Of a DNA stretch of 64,000 nt, positions 34,913-47,745 are shown piece after piece; within the stretch, counting starts at the first letter, position 1, and every line of letters starts with the position of its first letter. This DNA comes from Blepharisma stoltei ATCC 30299. Its lineage: Eukaryota; Protista; Ciliophora. The stretch is taken from positions 1 to 64,000 of the forward strand of contig CBFDEM010000061.1 of NCBI GenBank assembly GCA_965603825.1. Reading direction: 5' to 3'. The notes beneath the pieces are model-generated. The model searched no databases. It was not told where the DNA came from and saw only the letters and a program-made list of their open reading frames with translations. Made by a program: the position numbers and the translations under genes.

Positions 34913-37900
34913 TTATTTTTTTACTTTCTTAAGATGAGGCTTAAGCGTACGAATGTTTCTTCTTACAATTCCCACTTTGGTAAGTTTATGATGAATGATT
35001 TCATATATGGTTCTAACAAAAATAGCTATTGAAGCAAATGCCTGAATTCCCATAACTGTAATTGTAATTCCTACAATGACATTCTCAAAATCCGAAATAA
35101 TTTTCTGGTCTAAATTAAATAAATAAACTGAAGTCGCGCTCATTATTAAAAATATTGATATTTCGGACAATAAATTGCATATTTGTATAATAGAGTCTTC
35201 AAATGGCCAAAAGAAAATTAAATGCAGGATGACCATTACTGAAAGAACGATATTTATAGTTACCTCAGTTTGTGGATAGTCTCTTAAATAGACCAAGTTT
35301 ATAATGTATATCAATCTTCTTATAAAAAAAACGAAATAATATTGTGTTGCTAGAAGCCCTCGATCAGTTCGAAATTCATAAAAAAAGGAGCTGAATAAGG
35401 CAGTAAATGTCTTTTCTCGTGACTGGATCCTATTTCTATTTATATAAGAAAACCAAAAATATCCTGGCGGCGTGGCAACTAATAGTACGTAAATGATGAT
35501 GCAGATAATGACATTGGAGATTTGCATCATATTATTAAATCCAAACGTAACCAGTCCAATACTTGCAGCAGCTCCTAGCTCAAGGTATGATTGGATTCAA
35601 AATCTTAAATAAAAAGAAAACTGATAAGCTTTGACAGTTTTCATAAATTTCTTACCAATTCATCTATATGAGCATCGAGAAAAAAAGAAAATAATTGGAA
35701 AAGCTAAAAGAGAAGCCAATATCAGTGTAAAATCGTTTCCTGTTGTAATAAGAATCAAATCAGAGTCATATCCAAATTCCTTTGCTTGCGAATATGGAGT
35801 ATTTCCTTCGTTTTTGTATATGATGTATGAAAAAATGTTTGGCATTATGTTGAAAGAGTTCAAATTGTTCAGAAATGAACTCATTTTGCTTGTAAAAGGG
35901 ATTCCTGATAAAGTCAAGTAACTAAGAATTTGCAAAGTATTCATCATGCTCCAAAGAGAACTTGGGCTTGGGTTTACAACTGATAAGGCAATTGCCCCGG
36001 AAATTGCAGCTTGTGCACTAGCTGCTGCTTGAGATGCGACTGCTGCAACTGCAGATGAATATGGCGCAGGGTCATATGAGTTCAAAGCTGCAGAAATTTC
36101 TGATGAATTTAAAACGCCATTTAAAACTGATCTCACTTTTTCTAAATGCAGAAACTCCAGAATTACCAAGGAGCCTTTAGAAATTTCTTCAGTGATAGAT
36201 AAAGATAGATAATAGCAGGTACTATTTACCTGTTCCATTTTATATGATAATTTTCCTTGTTTTTCAATTACTATGGTAAAATCGTATATGGAAAGGGAAT
36301 TCTCAAGACTATCTGAAAAAGTAAGATAAAGAGAATTATCAGATAAAACAGTGAGCCATGCTGAAAAAGGGACTAGTGAGCAAATTGCTGCCCCATTATA
36401 GCCTAGATTGCAATAGCATAGATTATTATTCAAGCTTGCATTTTCTACACAAGCAGTACAACTAGTAAGAGATTCACAATAAGTGCAGTATCTTAGGCAT
36501 GAATAAAACATACCGTCAGGACCTCTAAATCCTCCAGCTTCAATAGGAATGCATGTATTATTAGTGGAAGTATCAAGGACATAATTTACATCACATATGC
36601 ATGAATCAGGGTTAATCGCATTTTGCTTACATGTTGAGCATCCAGAAGCAGAATACTCAGTACAGATATCGCATAATAAATTACTACAAAGTGAGCAAGT
36701 AGGTTTCCAGTCTCTGCAAGTTTTTTTGCATTTTGTATTACATTGATAACATGCATTATAAGCAGGACCGCTCCAGAATTGATTTATTTTACAGTTAGGT
36801 ATGCAGATTTGGCTCGTTGGACAAGCACTGCAAGTTTCAGTACAAGAGGATGTTGATAGACTTGATACTGATTTTACAGTATTAAACATTTGTATGGTAT
36901 AAATAAAGCCTTGATAGTTATTATATACGGATGATGCGCTTATTTGAGCTCCTATAGTTATTGTAGTGTGAGGGCCTACATCGAGAAAAGCTCCATATCC
37001 TGTTAAGCTTGATGGATAAGATATTCCGTTAACATAGCAAGACAACTTATTATAGCCACTTGCAATGATCTCCAATGTAAATGCTATGTGGCTCCATTCA
37101 TAATTTTTAAGTGATGCATCACATATATAAAATGCTGATCACAACCCTAAATTGCTTAGAAAAATAGGTTTGCTATCCATTAATGAGATCAAATAAAGTG
37201 TCGAGTAGCCATCAGAAATATTATGCTTTGATAATATAGCAGAGTAAGAGCTTTCAATATTTAGCCATATCGAAATTGTAAAGGTAGGAGCAATCACAAG
37301 TCTTGGCGATGTGTAGTTTGAATACTCAGGCAGTCTTAAAATTGAAGATTGCCCATTAAATCAAAATCCTCTTAAATAAGCTGGAATTGGATCATCAGCT
37401 TCATAGTCTGGGTAAAACTGCTTTGTAGATCCAGTAACAACTGGGATCGAGCTTGCCTTATCATAAATGACCCCGCTTAAAGTGTTTAAGTCTAAGTCGA
37501 GCATTTTTTCTTGAACCCTTATACAATTGCCTGACTTTTTTTCGTACCCTAATGGGCAGCTTGTCCCACAAATTCCTGATGCCATATAATAGCCATTAGC
37601 GCACGTTAAGCAATCTAGAAAGTTCGGGGATGTGCATGTTTTACAAGAAATATTGCAGAGTTCACAAATTTCATTGCCAGAATTTCAATAATACCCATCA
37701 TTGCATTGGCAGCTTGGACCTACTAAATTTGCATGCGCTCTACAAGAAATGCAAGTGCTTGTATAATCATCACATATTTCACATATGATATCTTGGCAAA
37801 GGTTACAATTTTTATCTCTTCTTACGCAGCCAACAGTTGAGCATCCAGATAAACATGAATCACAACTATAACCATTTCAGTATTTGCCAATAAGACAGCT

Positions 37901-40900
37901 CTCTAAACAAATATTTGAATTATCGATTGGACACAATGAGCACCCGTTACAAGAGCTTGATACTAATGAATTGGTTGTAATTGTATTATAAATTTTTAGA
38001 TTCCATAGGAACCCATTAAAAAATGACGTCAAAGTTATAGAATCAAGATAGCTTGCCCCTATTGTTATTATAAATGAGCTTTGTAAATCATTTAATCAGC
38101 TTGAATCTTGGTCACTTGAGATATCTGTAAATGTATTTGTCATAATTTTAATAATTTGCTGAGGAGCTGCACTAATGTCAGATGCAGCTGAAATAAAATT
38201 CCATTGAGAAAGTGAAACCTCTACAGAGGCAGCAGCACTTGTATAAATGATTGTATTAGAATTCTGCAATGTAAGGGTAAGTGATGGATACTTGCTTACT
38301 AACTCAAAGCTCACAAATTTTTCAAATCCTCCATTGCTGGTTTGTTTAGAAAAAACGACGCCTGTATCAGATACTGGATTTATCCAGGCTGATATCGTAA
38401 ATTTTGGTGAAAAAGTAAGTAATGGGGAACCTGTGCCTGTATAAGGAGGTAACTGCATATAAGCTGAGCCAGAAAAGTAATACCCTCTATAAATAGCTGC
38501 TATTGGATCAGTTGCATCATAAGTAGGGTAAAAGCTATTATCTTTGCCTGTAAGAACTGGGATACTTGAAGCTAAATCTACTACAACGTCTTTTATTTGA
38601 TGTGGCATCATATTAAGCACTAAAAAATCTGTATAAGCAGGGTCAGCATCACAATTGTTACCATTTATAACATATCCAGTAGGGCAAAAAGTCATGCATA
38701 AAGATTGAATCAGATAGTAGCCTGCTGTGCATGTAAGACAGCCATTATAATCAACAGTAGAGCAAGTATCACAAATTGTATTGCAGAGCTCGCAGGACTG
38801 AGAACTAGAGACTCATACAGCATTAGTATTGCACACACAATGGTCTACTGGCTTATACGCATTTGTAATACAGCTTGCGCATTCTCCTGAAAATGTAGTG
38901 CATGAGTAGCATTCCTTATCCCTGCAAAGTCTACAAGTTAAATCACTGACGCATCCTTGATTGCAGCCTGCCAAACAAGCAATGCAGCTATCAGGATATT
39001 TATCAAAATCGCATTCACTTAAACATTGGTTATTTAAAGGACAAACAGAACAGCCAGTATTACATGAAGATGAATAGTCATAAGATTGGTAAGTATAAGC
39101 GTTATAAATATATAATCTTGCTAAAAAGCCATATAATCCTGAAGTCCCAAGGGTTTCATCATTTCCTATATAAAGAGTTCCTGCATTAGTGTCTTTAAAA
39201 TAAATTAAAGTTGTAGTAGTAATATCTTGATAAGCTATTGTATTGATGTAGAGATTCAGTTTAGTTAAGCCATCAGTTTGAACTTCTCCTGTGAAGCTTA
39301 AAAAATTTCAACTATTAAGAATGCTTGTAGAGGTAGTTAAAGTAGTAGATGAGGAATCAGCAAAAGTTATTGAAAGAGAAGGATATCCTAAGGAATCTAC
39401 AGTAATTTTTAAAATGTCATTAGTTGCATATTTAGTCATTAGAATTCCTACTGATAGTGGTTTTGTCCATAAAGAAATAGTAAATGAAGGTGCTATCATA
39501 ACAGTAGATGATAAATAATTGCTTTGATAAAAATAGTAGCCTCTTTTATAAGAAGGGATAGGATCCTTTACATCTAAATTCCAATCAGGATAAATATTTG
39601 TATTAACAGAGCCTATATTAAACGCAGAAACAGTATCAAGACGCACTTGGTCAGTCAAGTCTAGGCCAATCCCTAAATCTGATGACCAATCGCAAGTTTT
39701 TCCTGCAGAATTTGCACTATAGCCAGATGGGCATTCAGTTAAGCACTGCCCTGTTAGTGCAAAGAAATAATACCCTGAAAAGCATGCTGTGCATTTTTGA
39801 TAAGTTAAGCCTGTACATTGAGAGCATCCAGTATAGCATGGCTGGCATGAAAAACCATCATTTGAAGTTCAATATCCAGGGTTGCACACACATGGAGCTG
39901 GAGCTCCACTGGCATTAGAAACACATTGGGTGCATTTTCCTGAGCCAAAACCAGAGCAAACAGAACATAATAAATCATCACAAATATTGCATGTAGATGC
40001 TCTGACACATCCCTTATTGCAAGAATTGCAGGCTGAACAAAAGGCACCATTTTTATAAGTAGAAATACTGCATTCCCATAAACAAGAAGCTCCAGATGCG
40101 CAAAATGTAAAGCCACTAATAATAGTTAGAAAATCTGTAATTTGTGTGTTTCACAGTTGAAAATAATAAATAAACCCAACAAACCCAGATGTGCTGCTTT
40201 TTCCTAACTGCAAATTGGTAGACGCTTGGTCTCGATAAATTTTGCCAGAAATAGTCGTAGTCCCAGCTGAAACCCCATTAATATAAATAGAAAGAACAGA
40301 AGCATTTGAGGTATAATAAATAGTAAGTGATAAATAAGCCCAACCAGCAAATGAAGAGGTTGGGGATAATGTTTGTGTAGAAGTTGCTTGTGTAGTGTCC
40401 TCCATTATAGCTGCTATAGCGCCTGTTGATGAAAATGTTAGCCTTGTTTGTTTTTGCAATAAATCTCCATTAGTAGCTACATAAATTCATGCGCCCATTG
40501 AAAAACTATGAGAAAGATAGACAGAAACTGAAGACAATAAATACATGTTTCCATCAAAATATAGTCCTCTTGCATATGCAGGAATAGGGTCATAAGTTTC
40601 AGGGGAATTGAAGTGCTGATATGTGCTTGATGATGCTCCAGTTGTAAAAATCCCATAAGATCCTTGAAAATCAGTGTCAAATAATAGGTCAATCGCTGCG
40701 GTTGAGACTGAAGAACAAGAAGTTTCATAGCCATATGGACAATCATTCAAACAAATAATGTCTACTATTTCTTTTCCTGTGGCACAAGTAGTGCACTCAA
40801 AATAAGTAGTTTGCTTACATACAGAACAAAGAGCATCACAAAAGTCACAGCTCGCTGTACTAGAATGCCAAAAAGCATTTGCCTTGCATTGGCATCCGCC

Positions 40901-43900
40901 AGACCCATCAGCTTCTGCATTTGTAATGCAGCTTGAGCAAGATCCAGAGAAAAAGCTACATTCATAGCACATTTTTGTCTTGCAAAGTCCGCAGGTGTCT
41001 GCATATCTGCATCCTTTTGTGCAAGTTCCCATACAATTAACATATGCCGACCCATCATAATATTGTGTAATTGGTGCATTATCAGGACAGTTGTGATCAA
41101 TTGGACAACTTGAGCATGAAGAAATACAGCTTGAGGTTGTATAGTCGCTGTACTGCAAGTTTTCGACGTTATATATATTTAAATCATATAAAAATCCAAT
41201 AAAGCCGCTGGTTGTGGTAGCTTTTGTCCCAATATAAAGATAGTTTGCGCTGCGATCCTGAAAATACATAACATTGGATGATGATCCCGTTTCTTTCGTT
41301 AGAGAATTAAAATATGAGCTTACTGTAGTTTTATGGCTTGCATCAATTTTTCCTGCAAATGCAATATAATTTCAACTGCCATTTAATGCATTTTCTGATA
41401 GAGTAACTGAAAAAGACGAAGAATCCTTTAAAATAATAGAAAGCTTAGGGTTCCCTGAGCCACTCAAAATTTCCAAACAAAATATTTCACTCCCTGACAC
41501 TGTTTTAGCAAGAATTGTTCCTGCTGCAGTAGGATAGACCCAAATAGAGACAGTAAAATAAGGTCCAATCACAGTATACGAAGACATATAAGTTGTGCCT
41601 GTAAAATAATATCCTCTTAGGTAGGCCGGATAAGGATCGTTAGAATCATAGCTAGGGTAATAATTTGACATAGAATTTCCTATATTGACTCCTGAAATGG
41701 AATGAAGCATTATTTTATCATAAAGAGATAAGCTTAGCCCAGTCGTTGATGAAAAATCACAGTTTTTTGTGCTTGAGTTTTCTGTATATCCTGAAGGACA
41801 GCTCATAAGACATATCATAGAGTTGTATAAAAAATAGGTGGAGCTGCAAGAAGTGCAGGAATAATATGAAGAATCGGTGCAGTGGGTACAGCCATTATAG
41901 CAAGGAGAACATACAGCTTGATTTGTAGGCTGATAATACCCAGAATTGCAAGTGCAAGGAGACCCTGCAGCATTGGTAACGCATGACGTACAAGTTCCTG
42001 ACAAAAATGATGTACACTGGGAGCATAAAAAATCGTCACAAATATAGCAAGATGTGCCGCGAGTGCAGCCCATTGTGCATGTACCTAAACATGATGCACA
42101 ATTAGTTCCATCATAATATTCAGAGTAATCACAAGGCCATAAAGTTGATACTGTCCCTCCAGTTAATGTGCCAATACTAGAAAAGGCTGAAAAGTCATTA
42201 ATGGCTACTTGCCATAGCATAAAATGAGCGATAAATCCTTTAAAGTTTGTTGAACCTTTTCCTAAGTATAATGTTCCTCCTGAAGGCAATCTAAAAACAA
42301 AATTTGTGATGGAAGTAGATGTCCCAGCAGCATTGTTAAGATAAGGAGTAACAGTAGTAATTTTATTTGAAAATCCAACTGTATAGGAAACGTAACTCCA
42401 TGTGTTTGAAGTTATAGTCTGAGTAGCAGACCAGCTTCCTGAGCTAGCGTCTCATTTTTCCAAGTAAAATATAATTGATCCACTGGAATCAATGGTAAGT
42501 TTGTTAGAGCTGTGGCTGACTAAAGTGCCAGAAATAGCATAAGCCCACATACTCATACTCCAAGTATTGGATAAGTTAATAGATCCAGCCAAATACTGGT
42601 TAGAATTAAAATAAAGCCCTCTATTTTTAGCTGGAAAAGGATCAGAAGATTCAGCAGAAGACCAATAATTATAACTACTAGAGCTTGTAGCCGTAATTAA
42701 ATCAGTTCCATAGCTCCCAGCAAATGTCCCTGTAAAATCAGCTGTTAAAACAGCAGAAGAAACAGCTGCACAATTCCCAAACCCGTAAGGGCATGCATAT
42801 AAGCAAACTCCTCCAATCAGAGATTTTCCAGTATTAGACCAAGTTTGTGTGCAAGTTGTCCCATAAGTATCGCAGCATCCTGGAGCAATACCTGTAAAGC
42901 ACGCTGAGCACAGTGATAAAGAATACCCAGAGCATGCACTACAGTCAGATGTATTGCAAGTGCCACAGTCAGTTCCTCTTCTGCACCAAGGCCAGGTTGG
43001 ACAACTAGAATCGCAATCCACACACGCTGAACCACTTCAATATTGGTTATAAACGCAATTAACAGTAGGAGTCGTTGTTCCATAAGTCATAGTGGTATCT
43101 GATCTAGCTTGCAGTCAATACATAAATCCTCTAAATGAGTTTCCACCAGTTACATTGCCAATTTTTCATGAATAAGTCATCACTGTAAACCTTCCTTCAG
43201 CACCATTTACAGCTGTCGTACCAACTGCTGAGCCATTAATATAAAAAGATACATTTATAGTATCACAATCCGATTGGTTTACAACAACTGATGCATAATG
43301 TCACGATGAAGTATAAGTTGAAGTCGCAGTCCCAGCCATAAATTTTGCATTACCACTAGAGTCATAAATATTTGCCGAATATTTATATACACTTGTGGAA
43401 TCTGCATAAATTCGCAAATATTGTGTAGAGCCTGATATAACGTTCAAAATTTCTCCACTGCTGAGAGGTATTATCCACATATTTAGAGTGAAATACAAAG
43501 CTGGGGTATAACTTTGGCTTCCGATTATACCTGAAGTGGTGGCAAAATAAAAGCCGCGATCAAGTGTTGGGAGAGGAGAAGTGCGGGTGGCAGAGTTATA
43601 AGAAACTGAGCTGGGATTTACAAAGTGATCAGCAGAACCAGTTGAGCTTGCTATATAAGTTCCTGTTACATCTTGGACCGTTGAAAAGGGCAATGTAAAT
43701 AAAATTGCATCATCCCCACTAGGAGTATCACATCAAAAAAGCACTGATACACCATCGTGGTCAGGCGAAAAAAGAGAAGGGCACCCAGTCAAGCATATTT
43801 TACTGTCTGCATAATATTTGGATGAACTTTGGCATGTGCACCCTAACGCCCCTCAGTTTAAGCTGTTATATGGGCAGCAGCTGAAAGTCAACCAAATTTT

Positions 43901-43927
43901 GGTGATAAAAAGGAAACTTAAAAACAT
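34913..43927 (-). CDS. Giant membrane protein C, 3004 aa: 7 LamG-like/Cys-rich modules plus ~8-TM domain
   Basis: ATG at 43927 (MFLSFLFITKIWLTFSCCPYNS). All sub-ORFs share one frame, and the stop is TAA 34913. Colinear with gene D except for a 4-aa deletion. Confidence 0.92.
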
Positions 43928-44757
43928 ATTTTTATAAAAATGAAAGAGATAAGTTTAAATGCAAATCAAAAATATTCACTTCAGGAGAATTTTTAAATAA
44001 TGATAAATTGAAGCAAGATGATTGAGCTAAAAATGAGCTCTTAGAAACTCAGTTCTAAATATAGATTAGTAAAAAAAAATTTAAGAAATCAGCTAATTTG
44101 GAATTATATAAAATTAAGAATCTTGAGCTTCTTTTGTAGCAATAGATCATTATAGAAGAAAGTGATAATAAATTGGAGATTGAGATTTCTATCAAATTTA
44201 GAGAACTAAAAAAATAGAGCATCATAATGTTTCAAATATAATTTAAATTTATGGAATTATTATAACCAGCAATAAGTAAATAAATTCGGCTAAGAGTAGA
44301 GGACTGTCAAAAAAATTATCTTAAATCTTTTTTATAATTAATCCAAGCTCTGCTGCATCAAGATCAGGTATAAAAAAGGCCTATAAAAATTTCAGTTATT
44401 TATTCTAAAAATAAGCTAAGCCGAATGCCGAACTTGATTTATTTAAAATAAAAAACTTTAAAAAATTTATCAATTTTGTGAAGCCATATATAATTTCAAT
44501 TTAAGAATTTAATAAGTTAAAATTCATTTTTTAAAACTAAAATAAATAGGTCTCTCAATAAAGATGCAGGAGAAATATTGAAATAAATGCAAAAATATGA
44601 GCATATGCTATAAATGTTAAAGCAGAAGCTTTCAAGTATCTTTATTTAAATTAAAGTATTGAAATGTGTTAGTTTTATTTTTAATTGCGATTAAGCATAA
44701 TATCATAAAGATAATTGAAAAATAATAATATATCTTTATATATTATATAATAATTAG

Positions 44758-47418
44758 ATGATGGGCAAAAAATGTTTCGAGCCAGAGTGTATGAATGAGG
44801 TAGAGCATGCATGCAAATGCTCTTCTCCTGACACTTTATTGTGCGGAGAGCATATCGGGGAGCATGTAAACTTGCCTAATAGAGCTCATAATCTTGAATC
44901 AATTTTTATGCAGCCTTATGAAGGGACAAAAGAAGCAATTCTTGAATTCCTTACAAAAGAAAAGTCAAAATATAGCGAGTTGAAAAGTAAAATTATCGAT
45001 TCCTATATCCATAATTCAGAAAAAGATTTTGGCAATTTCACAATCAAGTTGGATTGCTACTCAGATGAAATAAATGATTTCTTTGTAAAGATTTCCCAAA
45101 CTCAAAAATTATTAAAGTCAGAAGAAGATCCAATTTTAGGATTATTGAGTTTACAGCCTCAAGAAGCTATTGAGAAAGTAAAATTGATGATCATAGCTAG
45201 CAGATATTGATACAACGGTGCAAAGCTGTTTTACATATTCAAGCAAAAGTTAAATAGTCTAAATAGATCCTTCTTTACAGAAATATGCGGGGCTCATTTA
45301 GAAAAAAGGAATATGCAAAATACCCCTGAAATGGATAATAAAATTAGGAAGCCAACAAGTATAGAGTCAGCAAACGCTAAGGATTCCATTTCCTTGATAA
45401 TAAATGAGAACAGTGATAGTTTGAAAGAGCCTGAAAACGCAAACAAGCCAATAAAAAACACCCCAGAAAATAAGTTAAGCTTGCTTAATTCTCAAATAAG
45501 CAGTGATTTCAACAGTAAACCCAAGGAAACAGAAAGCGCTTTAAGCTTTATAGATATATTAAGGAATAAAACAGCTGAGATTTTGAGTAGACCAAACAAT
45601 CAAGAATTAGAGATGGATTTCAGAAGAACTTGTTCAGCATATCAAGATAATTCTAGTTTTTATGATCCATTACGAATGCAAGCTTACCAAGATTACATTA
45701 AAGCTTATATACTAAAGACATCTCTTTATAATATACCAAGAAATCAAAACAACAGAACTAATTTAATTATATATAACACTGAAACTGAAACCCTAGAAGT
45801 CAAGACCTTACAGACTCCAAAACCATTAAATAAATTCGCTTGCATAACTCAACTTCCAAACGGAAAGCTATTTTGTTGTGCTAACACTAACCTTTCTGGG
45901 ATTACAGTTCTGATTGATGTGAATGGTAGATTCGAAGTGCTGCCATCTGGAACTCCTTGTGAATACTCATCATATATCTATTTCAATAACAGCGTCTATT
46001 GCTTTGGAGGATGAGATAGAGGTCATTTAACTCTATCTAGTAGATTTGATTTAGATCAAAATCGATGAATTCAATTAGCTCCAATGCCACAAGGTGACTA
46101 CAAATGCAATAGCATAATATTAAATAGAAATATTTTGATTTCTGGATATGAAAACAGAAATCTTTGGCTATACTCAATTGATATTGACTCTTTCTCAACA
46201 ATACCTTATGATTTTGGTTTTGCTAAATGAAAGATCCTGATAAATGCAGAGAGACTATATTTGATTGAATGCGAAAATGGATTAATCTATGAAGGCGAAA
46301 TTGGAAGTTTCTCGAATTGGAGACGAATAGGAAGATCAAAAATCAATTTGGATCCTTATCAAGTGTATTGTTCATATAATAAAGGAGGAATATGGATCTC
46401 AGCGATTTATAATTCGGCTATAGAACACTATTATTTTAATTTAGATCAAAAAAAACTTATTGATGCTGCTTACTATAATAAGCATATCTTACTTAGAAGA
46501 GTAGGTCAAAAGATTGAAGCCATAAAATGCAATAACCAGGATTTTAATCTCGATCCTTCTTATCTGGATGAATGCAATTCAAAAGATATTGCTCTAAGTA
46601 CTTTAGGAGAAAATCTAACAGAAATTAATTGCCTTGACAAAAAAATCAAACTTAATCCAAGCAATGCTAATTCATACAATGATAAAGGCAACGCTTTTTA
46701 TGTTTTACAAAGATATCTAGAAGCAATCGAATGCTATGACAAAGCAATCAAACTCAATCCAGACAATGGTTATTTATACAATAATAAAGGCAACGCTTTT
46801 TCTCGCTTAAAAAGATATCATAAAGCAATCAAATGTTATGATGAAGCAATTAAACTTAATCCAAACGCTCTTTTGTGAAATAATAAAGGCATCGTTTTCT
46901 ATGATTTGGAAAAATATCTAGAAGCAATCGAATCCTTTGATGAAGCAATCAAACTCGATCCAAACAATGTTTATTATTACAATAATAAAGGCAACGCTTT
47001 TTATGATTTACAAAGATATATAGAAGCAATCGAATGCTTTGACAAAGCCCTCGAAATCTGACCAAACTATGATAATGATATTTACTGGAAAAAAGGATCT
47101 GCTTTATATAAATTAAGAAGATACCCAGAAGCAGTAGAAAGCTATAGCAAAGCAATCAAAATCAATCCAAATAACACCAAGTATTATAATGATAAAGGCA
47201 ATACTCATTATGTTTTAGAGAGATATCAAGAAGCAATGCAATGCTATGAAGAGGCAATCATACTCGAGCCAAATAATCCTTTGCATTTCTACAACCGTGT
47301 TATTGCATTTAATAATCTCAGACAGGAGCAAGCAGCTTTGCAGGACTTTAATAGGGCTTATAATTTGAAGCAAGAAAATCAAGTATATATGTATAAATTT
47401 CCTATGGTAAATTTTTAG
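44758..47418 (+). CDS. B-box-like Zn finger / coiled-coil / Kelch-like propeller / TPR protein, 886 aa
   Basis: One frame through several TGA codons (joins translated). N-terminal C-x4-C-x7-C-x-C-x8-C-x2-H-x3-H; Kelch-like YFNNSVYCFGGW and FDLDQNRWIQLAPMP; about 7 TPRs; TAG 47418. Confidence 0.85.
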
Positions 47419-47745
47419 GTTATTGGCATGAAGGATTATGAATTTACTCTTAAATAAAAACCTAATTTTTATTTAAATAATTTTTTCATTTCAATTTAAA
47501 GGGGAAGAAATAAAAATAACTAAATTCTTTAATTGGATTGTTTTTATGTTTCATTATAAAGAGTAGAGTTGCTATTGAAATAAGTGAGATCTATTATAAA
47601 ATCGTGGAAGTTTCAGAGTTTGGATTGATGGACTGATTCAGCTTCTGTTCTTATAGTCAGAGTTTATGTCTGCTGTAATTCAGGATTGCAATCTAAGGAT
47701 AAATCTCTGATTCAATTACTCATAATTTATCTATTTATAATTTAT

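Noticed and set aside
34913-34935. C-terminal KKVKK of C and D as an ER-retrieval signal
   Set aside because: There is no Lys at position -3, and the motif is not conserved in A, B or E.
47580-47720. Moderately GC-rich spacer segment as a gene fragment or snoRNA
   Set aside because: Only a ~45-codon frame without a start, and no complete C/D or H/ACA boxes.
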